The position numbers and the translations under genes were made by a program. A stretch of DNA of 64,000 nt, from positions 1,406,969 through 1,470,968 of the forward strand of contig JBGASU010000001.1 in the NCBI GenBank assembly GCA_044229535.1, written 5' to 3'. Position 1 is the stretch's first letter; each line of letters opens with the position of its first letter. Shown here in pieces: positions 55,881 through 64,000 of this stretch. Under the pieces are notes generated by a model. That model saw only the letters and a program-made list of their open reading frames with translations. It did no database searches and was not told the DNA's origin. Origin of the DNA: Candidatus Midichloriaceae bacterium (GTDB lineage Bacteria; Pseudomonadota; Alphaproteobacteria; Rickettsiales; Midichloriaceae).

Positions 55881-57230
55881 ATGCTTGGAGTATTGAGTGC
55901 GGTTACTAGTATAGCAGGTACATTATTTGGTTTTGCAACAAATAAGGAATTAAGAGAGTGGGTTGCAAATGCAAGTAATGTGGCTTTTAATATCCAAGTT
56001 GCAGATTTCTCAAAAGCAACTTTGTATTTTGATGATGTCCACCTACACAAAGTATATAGCGATACTAAGGGTAAAGTTTTAAGTTCGACAAAAATTGATG
56101 ATACGAATTCGCTAGACGTTATATGCAGAAAAGTAGCGTTAAAAACGGTTAATAATAGATTCGATTTACCAGATAATAAAGATCATAGTACATACTCACT
56201 TGTATCGTATCTAATAGACCAAACACTTGAATACGTTAAAAATATAAAGACTAGCCCACAAGATAGATTAGCTTATGTTACTTATGTTTCTAATTTACTG
56301 AAGCATTTTTCTAAGGATACAAATTTTAAATTTGATTTAACTGATGCTGATATTAAAGCAATAGATGAGATAGCCAGATTAAATACCAAAAATTTGAGAT
56401 TAATATCTAGTGATAGAGTTAGAGTTATCAAATTATCTAGGATAGAACAATCTCAGCAAACAAAAATTTTAGACTCAGATAGATTTAAAAGAATATTCGT
56501 GGCATTGGGTTCTAAAGATTTTGAAACTTCATCTATGCCAAATGTATATAGCGCAAGAGATGTTATAGGAGTTGGAGGAACGCCACTTGATCAATACTTA
56601 TCAATGATTCATAAAGATACGGTTAATAATAAGTATGAGTTTGGCACGCTTTTGAGTTGTTTGCTTGATATATTAAATAAATTTTTAACAGATTCAATTC
56701 CTCAAAATAAAGCTGCTAATGCTACAGATATTTTTCAAAAACTGATTACTATCATAATTGATAAAGATATTGAGGTGACCGATAATGATAGGAGAATGCT
56801 TGGAGAAGTGAATATTAAATTAGCCAAATACTTGGGAGCAGGTCTGGTTATGAATTTAGATAAAACTGCTGGCATCGATGCAAGTATTATGGTTGATAAC
56901 AGTGCAGGAGTGGGATCTAGAGTTAGCCAATCAAATCTAGCCAGCAGTGATCATGGTAAGCAAGTTGGCAGTGTAGATGAAGGAAGTGATATGAGGATCG
57001 CAGGAGTCCCTTATTCCGCACCCGCTGTAGCAACAGTATCGTCATCTGCATCAGCAGCTGTGTCTCCTCAGTTTGCAGCTTCAGCGAGTGCGGCTACTGG
57101 TCAAGCAGCTAATATAGCTGAAGGATCAAGAGTTGATACAGATGCATCGGTAATAGCTGATACAACTGTAACCCAGCAGCAAAAGGTCAATGTATGGAAT
57201 AATAACAAAAAAGGACAGCAGTCAAAATAG
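55881..57230 (+). CDS. Hypothetical 449-aa protein with a Ser/Ala-rich C-terminal region
   Basis: Long ORF with no recognisable domain. C-terminal SAPAVATVSSSASAAVSPQFAASASAATG followed by the basic tail NNNKKGQQSK. Confidence 0.55.
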   Translation: MLGVLSAVTSIAGTLFGFATNKELREWVANASNVAFNIQVADFSKATLYFDDVHLHKVYSDTKGKVLSSTKIDDTNSLDVICRKVALKTVNNRFDLPDNKDHSTYSLVSYLIDQTLEYVKNIKTSPQDRLAYVTYVSNLLKHFSKDTNFKFDLTDADIKAIDEIARLNTKNLRLISSDRVRVIKLSRIEQSQQTKILDSDRFKRIFVALGSKDFETSSMPNVYSARDVIGVGGTPLDQYLSMIHKDTVNNKYEFGTLLSCLLDILNKFLTDSIPQNKAANATDIFQKLITIIIDKDIEVTDNDRRMLGEVNIKLAKYLGAGLVMNLDKTAGIDASIMVDNSAGVGSRVSQSNLASSDHGKQVGSVDEGSDMRIAGVPYSAPAVATVSSSASAAVSPQFAASASAATGQAANIAEGSRVDTDASVIADTTVTQQQKVNVWNNNKKGQQSK

Positions 57231-57249
57231 AGAATAAGCCTTGTTGTTT

Positions 57250-57741
57250 TTATTTTACTACATCCCCAATTTTAATACCCAAGCTTTCAGCTTCACCAGC
57301 ATTAAGTTCAATTACGTATTTGACTTTGATATCTGAAGTTATTGATTTCAAACTATGGGGTTGTTGGTTGGGGTGAATTTCTGCGATAGTGCCAGTCTCA
57401 TCAACCATTATTATATCAAGGGGAATATAAGTATTCTTCATCCAAAAATGAGCTCTATCCACGTATGGAAAAATGAAAATCATGCCATGTTTTGGTTCGA
57501 GATATTTTCTGTACATTAATCCGCGCTGCAATTCTATACTTGTTCTTGCTTCTTCCAAGTATAAGGTTGTTTCTTCATCCATTGAATTCAGTATAAAGTA
57601 TTGGATATATTTACGCTCTGGATTTGATGGATTATAATAAAAGTTAGCCAGCAAGAAACAAAGTATTGCAAATAATAAAAGCAAAAACACCCTATATTTA
57701 TGTGCCAAATCCATTAACTGTATAATTGTTTTACAAACCAT
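57250..57741 (-). CDS. DUF192-domain protein
   Basis: 163 aa. N-terminal TM and GMIFIFP...FWMKNTYIPLDIIMVDETGTIAEI. Confidence 0.8.
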   Translation of the reverse strand: MVCKTIIQLMDLAHKYRVFLLLLFAILCFLLANFYYNPSNPERKYIQYFILNSMDEETTLYLEEARTSIELQRGLMYRKYLEPKHGMIFIFPYVDRAHFWMKNTYIPLDIIMVDETGTIAEIHPNQQPHSLKSITSDIKVKYVIELNAGEAESLGIKIGDVVK

Positions 57742-57781
57742 ATATGAATCTTATATATAATTTATAAAAAATCTCGTTCTA

Positions 57782-57892
57782 TTATTGCCCAAATAGCGAG
57801 TCCATAAGTTTTTTATTTTCTACGGTATGCAATTTCATGTAAGCAACAGCAGGTGAAGCAGAACGTTCGCGTCCGATATATCTTGCACACGT
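57782..57892 (-). pseudogene. Displaced 37-codon relic of the sucA 3' end
   Basis: The minus strand reads TCARYIGRERSASPAVAYMKLHTVENKKLMDSLFGQ*, against the live sucA C-terminus TRAKYIGRERSASPAVGYMKLHTVESKKIMDALFG* (58994-59101). An in-frame TAA lies three codons upstream (57899-57901) and there is no start codon. Confidence 0.85.
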
Positions 57893-58066
57893 AATTATTT
57901 ACAGAATTATCTGCCACCTTATGCGGAGAAAAAATTGAAATAAAATTTATGATATCATTGTTAATTAAAATGATAAATAATACTATTTGTGGACTGTATT
58001 ACTGTGGCACATGCTTATTATATATGAAAAGAACGCAGGTCTTTAGCAATTTAGAAGTGGAGAAAA

Positions 58067-58933
58067 GTGATGCAAAATGAAACTTTATTTTCAATTCTAC
58101 AATTAGCGTTTCTAGCTATTAAGAAAGTTTTATCTAAGCCTTTGCTGCTAATAAGCTATATAATAATTATATCGGCATTAATCGGAATTATTTATATTGG
58201 TAGTGATTTATCTGGTCTGACAAAAAGCTATGATAAGGGTTCTGATTTAGCAGTGATGACAGTAATATTACTTTGGTATTTAGTATTCATAGCTATCTTA
58301 GCATTTGCATACGTTTTTTCTCTTGTTGTTATAAAAAATAATAATGATTTTAGTCAATACCTCTCTAATTTATGGTCTTATATTGTAAATCCAGCATATT
58401 TTTTAAAGACAATATTTTTTGTTTTTAGAAGAAGTATGAAATTTAGTATTGTATTCATACCTGTGTTCATTCTATCCCTTATGATTAGTTTTCTTCTCGG
58501 TCTGTTTGCGGTTTTTGGAAAGGTAAGTTGGAGTGTTTGGGAATCGGTATCCAATTTTTCAGGGTTGCTGTGTGTAATTGTATTTGCAATAGTTTTTTAT
58601 AGGCACGTTAGAGGTATGCTAATAGTTCCTTACGGAATAATTGGGGGTAGTGATTATGAGGATTCTTCAAATGAAAGCGCTAAATCTATGAAAGGTAGTG
58701 AGCACGCTTTTTTTTATATACTTATACTTTTCTTTGCGCTTATTATTTGTTATGGATTTGTTGTCATTTTTGACCCAGACTACGTGGTGCAACCTTACGA
58801 ATTTAATAAACCCAAAGTGCCTTTGTATGAGAATTACTCACTCATGGTTGGCATATTGCTTTGTTCCACTTTCTTCTTAATTTATTCCACGATGATAAAT
58901 CTTTTGTACTTTAAAAGACGTAGTGCTACATAG
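58067..58933 (+). CDS. Multi-pass membrane protein of unknown function (cargo between the sucA 3' repeats)
   Basis: 288 aa with about 6-7 hydrophobic segments. GGAGAAAAGTGATG start context. Confidence 0.6.
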   Translation: MMQNETLFSILQLAFLAIKKVLSKPLLLISYIIIISALIGIIYIGSDLSGLTKSYDKGSDLAVMTVILLWYLVFIAILAFAYVFSLVVIKNNNDFSQYLSNLWSYIVNPAYFLKTIFFVFRRSMKFSIVFIPVFILSLMISFLLGLFAVFGKVSWSVWESVSNFSGLLCVIVFAIVFYRHVRGMLIVPYGIIGGSDYEDSSNESAKSMKGSEHAFFYILILFFALIICYGFVVIFDPDYVVQPYEFNKPKVPLYENYSLMVGILLCSTFFLIYSTMINLLYFKRRSAT

Positions 58934-58993
58934 ATGTCAATCGCCGTCAACCAATAAACTACTTATATATTTAAGTTTGCTAATGCAAACTGC

Positions 58994-61837
58994 TCATCCA
59001 AACAAAGCGTCCATGATTTTTTTGCTCTCTACAGTGTGGAGCTTCATATAACCAACAGCAGGTGATGCAGAGCGCTCACGGCCAATGTATTTAGCACGCG
59101 TTGATTTGTGTTTCACAGCTTTTAGAACTTTCTCAATTCTTGGCTCAACGAAATAGAATGCTCCCATATTTTCATGCTCTTCTTGGCACCAAATTACTTC
59201 TGCATTTGGATATTTAGCTAACTCCATACCTAATTGAACTGTAGGGAATGGATATAATTGCTCCATTCTAATTAATGCTACATCTTGTCTGCCAAGTTCT
59301 TGGCGTTTTTCAAATAAGTCATAATAAACTTTACCAGAGCATATAACTGCTTTGGTAACTTTGTTTGCGACTACTTCTTTATCACCAAGTACTGGTTCAA
59401 ACTTCGTGCCTTCTTTCATTTCTTCAAAGGTTGATACAGCAAGCTTATGACGCAGTAACGATTTGGGTGACATTACAACTAATGGTTTTCTGAAGTTGCG
59501 TTTTTGTTGTCTGCGAAGCGCGTGGTATATTGAAGCAGGTGTTGTGCAATTCAACACTTGAATGTTATCACTAGCGCACGATTGTAAGAATCGCTCAAGC
59601 CTTGCAGAGCTATGCTCTGGGCCTTGTCCTTCATATCCATGTGGCAGCAGCATTGTGATCCCAGACATTCTTAACCACTTCGCTTCACCAGAAGTTATGT
59701 ATTGATCAATTACAACTTGTGCACCATTTGCGAAATCACCAAATTGAGCTTCCCAAATAGTTAGTGTCATTGGGTCTGCATAGCTATAACCATATTCAAA
59801 TGCTAGTACTGCAAACTCAGAAAGGTTACTGTTATAAATTTCTAACTTTGCTTTTTGGCTGTCTGAAAGATTATTTAGAGGAGCAAATTCTTGTTGTGAT
59901 TCTTGATCAAACAAAACCGCATGACGATGCGAGAAAGTGCCTCTCTTTACATCTTGGCCAGTCATTCTGATTGGGAATCCTTCGTCTAGAAGTGATGCGA
60001 ATGCAAGTGCTTCACCAGTTCCCCAGTCAATATCTTTGCCAGTTTCAATCATTTTTTTCTTAGCTTCTAATTGGCGCAGAACTTTTGTATTGATGTTGAA
60101 TTCTTTTGGATACTCACAAAGTTTATGTCCAAGCTCTTTTAGTTTTGAAGCCTTAACTCCCGTTGCCACTTCTTCTCTATCAACTTTTGCAGGCTCGAAT
60201 TGACTCCAGTTTGCAGATAACCAATCGGCTTTATTTGGTTTATAACCAACTGATAATGTAAATTCTGCATCAAGCTTTTGTTTGAAAGTTTGTTGCATTG
60301 TTTCAAATTCTGTTGCGGAAATAAGTCCTTCGGAGATTAATTTATTTGCATAAACTTGTGCTGGGTTTTCTTTGTTTTTAATTGCAGTATACATAACTGG
60401 TTGTGTGAAGAAAGGTTCGTCACCTTCGTTATGTCCATATTTTCTATAGCCAACCACATCGATCACTACATCTTTTTTGAATTTAGCGCGGTATTCAGAA
60501 GCTAACTTACTTACAAATACAACAGCTTCGGCATCATCACCATTCACGTGGAAAATTGGCGCGCCTATGAATTTTGCAATATCAGTAGAGTAAAGCGTAG
60601 ATCTAGAATCTTCAGGGTTAGTTGTGAAACCAATTTGATTATTAGAAACAACATGCATCGTGCCACCCGTGTGGTACGCTTTGAGTTGCGATAATGCAAG
60701 TGCTTCCATAACTGATCCTTGCCCTGCGAATGCAGCATCACCATGGACTAAAATTCCTAGTACTTGAGAACGGTCAGCATCTTTTCTTAGATCCTGTTTA
60801 GCGCGAACGCGGCCTAACACAACTGCATTAACAACTTCTAAGTGCGATGGGTTAGGGGTTAAGGTTAAGTGTACTTTATGTCCATCAACTTCTATATCCG
60901 ATGATGTGCCTAAGTGGTATTTTACATCGCCTGGGATACCCATATTATCAGGGAACGCAAGCTCACCTTTAAATTCAGAAAGCATTGCATGATATGGTTT
61001 GCCCATAACTTTTGTAAGGGTGTTTAATCTACCTCTATGAGCCATGCCTAGTACGTATTCACGTACGCCAAATTGTACTGAGTGTCTGACGATTACTTCC
61101 ATACAAGAGATTGAGTTCTCTAATCCTTCGACGGAGAAACGTTTGGTTCCTGGGAATTTTGTATGCAAGAAGCTTTCAAACATTTCGGCTTCCATTATGT
61201 CTTGTAGAGCTGTCTTTTTTTCCTCTGTGCTGATTGAGACGGTGCCAGCGGTTAATTCTAATTTACGTTGTAACCAATGGCGCTCTTCAGCACTTTCAAT
61301 ATGCATGAATTCAGCAGCAACACGGTTACTATATATTGATTTCAATGTGTGTACTAAATCCCTAAGTGGAGCGCTTTCTACTCCAAATGTTCCGCCAAGA
61401 TGAATTGTTTTATCTAAATCTGCATCAGAAAATCCATGAGATTTATAGTCTAATTCTGCGTGGTATGCAGGTTGCTTTAAGCCTAATGGATCAAGTGCAA
61501 CGTCGGTATGTCCATAAGTTCTATATGCGTTAATTAAGTTTGCAGCTTTTAAGCTACTCATCATATCTTCAGTGCTTGCCACTGAATTAGCAGCTTTTGC
61601 TGGTTTTGCTTTTAACTCCTCTTTGTCAACAGCACCAATTACTCGGTTTTTATACGGCTTCCATGCAGCACCGCTGGCAGCTTTTTGTACATTAGCTGCA
61701 TTGTCATTTAAACTTTTGAAATAATTTTGCCATTCTTGGTCTACAGACGATGGATCTTGCGAGTATTTGCTATATAGTTCTTCAATGAAAACTGCATTGC
61801 TTCCAAATAGATAAGATGTATTCTTTAAATTTGACAT
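58994..61837 (-). CDS. sucA: 2-oxoglutarate dehydrogenase E1 component
   Basis: About 947 aa counted from MSNLKNTSYLFGSNAVFIEELYSKYSQDPSSVD, which is a typical SucA N-terminus. The track ORF extends to 61948. ThDP-binding GMAHRGRLN and HGDAAFAGQG, plus LLPHGYEGQGPEHSS. Confidence 0.95.
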   Translation of the reverse strand: MSNLKNTSYLFGSNAVFIEELYSKYSQDPSSVDQEWQNYFKSLNDNAANVQKAASGAAWKPYKNRVIGAVDKEELKAKPAKAANSVASTEDMMSSLKAANLINAYRTYGHTDVALDPLGLKQPAYHAELDYKSHGFSDADLDKTIHLGGTFGVESAPLRDLVHTLKSIYSNRVAAEFMHIESAEERHWLQRKLELTAGTVSISTEEKKTALQDIMEAEMFESFLHTKFPGTKRFSVEGLENSISCMEVIVRHSVQFGVREYVLGMAHRGRLNTLTKVMGKPYHAMLSEFKGELAFPDNMGIPGDVKYHLGTSSDIEVDGHKVHLTLTPNPSHLEVVNAVVLGRVRAKQDLRKDADRSQVLGILVHGDAAFAGQGSVMEALALSQLKAYHTGGTMHVVSNNQIGFTTNPEDSRSTLYSTDIAKFIGAPIFHVNGDDAEAVVFVSKLASEYRAKFKKDVVIDVVGYRKYGHNEGDEPFFTQPVMYTAIKNKENPAQVYANKLISEGLISATEFETMQQTFKQKLDAEFTLSVGYKPNKADWLSANWSQFEPAKVDREEVATGVKASKLKELGHKLCEYPKEFNINTKVLRQLEAKKKMIETGKDIDWGTGEALAFASLLDEGFPIRMTGQDVKRGTFSHRHAVLFDQESQQEFAPLNNLSDSQKAKLEIYNSNLSEFAVLAFEYGYSYADPMTLTIWEAQFGDFANGAQVVIDQYITSGEAKWLRMSGITMLLPHGYEGQGPEHSSARLERFLQSCASDNIQVLNCTTPASIYHALRRQQKRNFRKPLVVMSPKSLLRHKLAVSTFEEMKEGTKFEPVLGDKEVVANKVTKAVICSGKVYYDLFEKRQELGRQDVALIRMEQLYPFPTVQLGMELAKYPNAEVIWCQEEHENMGAFYFVEPRIEKVLKAVKHKSTRAKYIGRERSASPAVGYMKLHTVESKKIMDALFG

Positions 61838-62055
61838 AATTTTTCTCTGAAATTTCTGGGCTCTTCTTATTACAGAATAGCGGTAAAGTCTAGTTAAATC
61901 AATAAGAGCTATGTATTTAGTGCTATCTAGCTTAATGCCTAGATTCATTTGGTAAATAAATTATGATTGTTTTATGAAAAACAATGGTATTTTAACATAT
62001 GGAATTTCTTTATAAGTGGTGATCTTCAACTACTTCTTCTAATTAACGCTTTTGT

Positions 62056-63576
62056 ATGATAGAAGCTTCCAAAAAGCTCGTTTTGGATGGTTATATGGTT
62101 GCTATGCAAATTATACATGATAAAAAACTGCCTTTTAAAAAATATATAGTTTTTCAAAGTATTGCAGAGTTGTTGGAATATATAAAAGAAACTAAGGTTG
62201 ATTTCCAAGTGCTGCAAAGAGGAAGTGATACTGTTTTACGGGTAGATAAGTACTCTCAATTGGTTTTAAAAAACCATAATTACAATTCTGTAATTGAAAA
62301 ATTACTAGAGAATCATAATGAACAAACTCATAAACTCACTCTTGCAACTGCAGAATACCATACTTATTTAGAAATATCAGATACCAATGGAAAAGAAAAA
62401 TTTACTTTTGGCGGTGCTCCCAAAAACAAAGGTAGTAAATTAGATTATCTGACTATTAGGAATGACTCTTATTACCCCAAGAAATATTATGCTGGTAATA
62501 AACCTATAGAGCCTGATAGTGTTAATCCGCATTTTAATAAAGGTTCTGCATCAATAACTTTTCCAATTACAGCTGCACAATTTTCCAAGGTTTTGGAAAT
62601 AGCAAAGAGTTTAAAAGAAGAATTTGATAAGAGTGATCATAGATTCGATATTACTGGCAACGTAGGTAATAACTGTGCAGATATAGCAAATAAAATAATC
62701 AACGATATAGGAATACATGGTAAAATAATCGATTTTTATAAGGTTGATGAGCTAGATATGCGGGATCAAGGAACAATGTACTTGGTGTGGAGCGATCTAG
62801 GGACTGTGCAATTTATGTACTATTTACCATATCATTTTTTTGATAATATAAGCTTTGTTGTTACTGGGAAAACTATAGATGAACAGCTAGAATATTTAGC
62901 AAGCAAGATAGGGTATTACAATTTCTTTCCTCATACAAAATCTCCTTTGATTCCCCATGCATATAATGATAACTCTAGCGAAATTGATAAGTATCTAAGC
63001 TATATTGACGCAACAAATGCTGAGGGTGATACAATATTACACATTGCATTGAAGTATAATAATGTGAATTTTGCTAAGGTTGTTATATCTAAAGGTATTG
63101 ATATCAATATAGAGAACAATAGAGGAGAGACGGCTCTTCATATAGCTGCGAAAATGCCAGCATCAAAGGATAAATATGAAGTTTTAGAAATCTTATCTAA
63201 GTCTTCTAGGCATATAAATGATGTGGATAGTTTAAATTCTGCCACGCCATTAACAAATGCGGTTATATCAGATGATAGTTCTGCAGTTGAAATTCTGTTG
63301 AAAAACGGTGCCAATGCATCATACGTTAACGCGAACATGGATAATTTAGCTAATATAGTGGTTAATTATGGTGCTTATAAAGTTCTCAATTTAATTAATA
63401 AGTATGATCCAAGTTTGATCTACCATGATAATTTAGAGCACCAAATTCCAATTTGCGAAGTTGCTAGACAAAAAGATCCAAGCGCCATATTAGAAAATTT
63501 TGAAGAAATGTGGTCGAGCTTTGATAAAGGACTATGCAAAGAGCCTGCGCAATTAAGTTCTGCTCTTGAACTTTAA
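62056..63576 (+). CDS. Protein with an unknown ~310-aa N-terminal domain and C-terminal ankyrin repeats
   Basis: 506 aa. ANK repeats include EGDTILHIALKYNNVNFAKVVISKGIDINI, RGETALHIAAKM and SATPLTNAVISDDSSAVEILLKNGAN. The N-terminal domain is unrecognised. Confidence 0.8.
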   Translation: MIEASKKLVLDGYMVAMQIIHDKKLPFKKYIVFQSIAELLEYIKETKVDFQVLQRGSDTVLRVDKYSQLVLKNHNYNSVIEKLLENHNEQTHKLTLATAEYHTYLEISDTNGKEKFTFGGAPKNKGSKLDYLTIRNDSYYPKKYYAGNKPIEPDSVNPHFNKGSASITFPITAAQFSKVLEIAKSLKEEFDKSDHRFDITGNVGNNCADIANKIINDIGIHGKIIDFYKVDELDMRDQGTMYLVWSDLGTVQFMYYLPYHFFDNISFVVTGKTIDEQLEYLASKIGYYNFFPHTKSPLIPHAYNDNSSEIDKYLSYIDATNAEGDTILHIALKYNNVNFAKVVISKGIDINIENNRGETALHIAAKMPASKDKYEVLEILSKSSRHINDVDSLNSATPLTNAVISDDSSAVEILLKNGANASYVNANMDNLANIVVNYGAYKVLNLINKYDPSLIYHDNLEHQIPICEVARQKDPSAILENFEEMWSSFDKGLCKEPAQLSSALEL

Positions 63577-64000
63577 ATTGTTCATAATCCTATCTTTATC
63601 AATCACTCCAAAAAGGTAGCAGCATAGCAAATATGCTCCTCCTCCTATTGTTATGTCCAATAGCATTGCAATTATAATGTTTGCCTCTTTGGTAATAAAT
63701 TCGACGCCGTATATAGCTAGTATCATGAGCAGTCCAGATATTATATACTTCATAGAGTTTAAGATAGTTCTGTCGATCAAAGAGAATCGCTTCGCTTTTA
63801 CAGATATTTGAATTAAGCGTATGACTGTGTACCAAGCAGAAACAACACTGCCAATAGCAATAGAGACATGTTGGAATGTAGAAAGTAAAGCTATGCTAAT
63901 TATTATATTTATGCCTAGGCTTTGAGCAGCTATTACAACTGGAGTTTTTGTGTCTCCTGCTGCAAAAAAACTAGATGTAAAGATCTTTATCAAAACATAT
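63553..64000 (-). CDS. murJ: Lipid II flippase MurJ (MviN), C-terminal part; gene continues beyond window end
   Basis: SSFFAAGDTKTPVVIAAQSLGINIIISIALL and further TM segments typical of the MurJ C-terminus. The reading frame is open to the window edge. Confidence 0.8.
   Translation of the reverse strand, partial: YVLIKIFTSSFFAAGDTKTPVVIAAQSLGINIIISIALLSTFQHVSIAIGSVVSAWYTVIRLIQISVKAKRFSLIDRTILNSMKYIISGLLMILAIYGVEFITKEANIIIAMLLDITIGGGAYLLCCYLFGVIDKDRIMNNLKFKSRT

Noticed and set aside
63553-63576. 24-bp convergent overlap of the 506-aa ankyrin gene and murJ as a regulatory feature
   Set aside because: Short 3' overlaps of convergent genes also occur at 44439-44442 and 52487-52490. They look like a general consequence of genome compaction here.
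1-64000. CRISPR arrays, IS elements or transposases, integrases, prophage genes, toxin-antitoxin pairs, restriction-modification or other known defence systems, and rRNA genes
   Set aside because: I found no regularly spaced repeat arrays and no ORFs with DDE transposase, tyrosine or serine recombinase, capsid, terminase or known defence-system motifs. The two insertion scars lack any recombinase.

Overview
AT-rich (about one third G+C by eye), densely coding chromosomal segment. Its gene content points to an alphaproteobacterium with an intracellular, Rickettsiales/Holosporales-like lifestyle. Alphaproteobacterial markers: LpxI in an lpxD-fabZ-lpxA-lpxI cluster, secB next to a Tim44-like gene and mltA, an NDUFA12-like gene with mlaD and DUF2155, a DUF2497/PopZ-like protein, a CckA-like hybrid kinase, and sppA-ihfB. 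Housekeeping genes recognised from motifs: argS, hslV, pyrE-like, gyrA, icd, xthA, pgsA, tolQRA, tmk, sucA, murJ (partial), cutA, flgA-flgH, and two tRNAs (Asn-GTT, Met-CAT). Between these lie accessory genes: four ankyrin-repeat proteins, several large Lys/Glu-rich orphan proteins, a pair of pilin-like proteins (one fused to a LamG-like lectin domain), a signal-peptide-bearing Ppx/GppA-family phosphatase, and a tandem family of 4-TM membrane proteins behind an orphan sensor kinase. Main observations: (1) Two insertion scars. A 1182-aa ankyrin gene sits between an intact tRNA-Asn and a decayed copy of the same locus. A membrane-protein gene sits between the live 3' end of sucA and a displaced 37-codon sucA 3' relic that differs mostly at synonymous positions. 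(2) A TTAA-N7-TTAA(C) CtrA-box motif recurs 47-62 nt upstream of five orphan, ankyrin or CckA-paralog genes. (3) The CckA-like kinase is followed by two progressively truncated tandem paralogs of its own N-terminus. (4) Three small or edge ORFs are missing from the ORF track: ccoS, a 59-aa remnant, and the MFS gene at the window edge. I saw no CRISPR array, transposase, integrase, phage or toxin-antitoxin genes.
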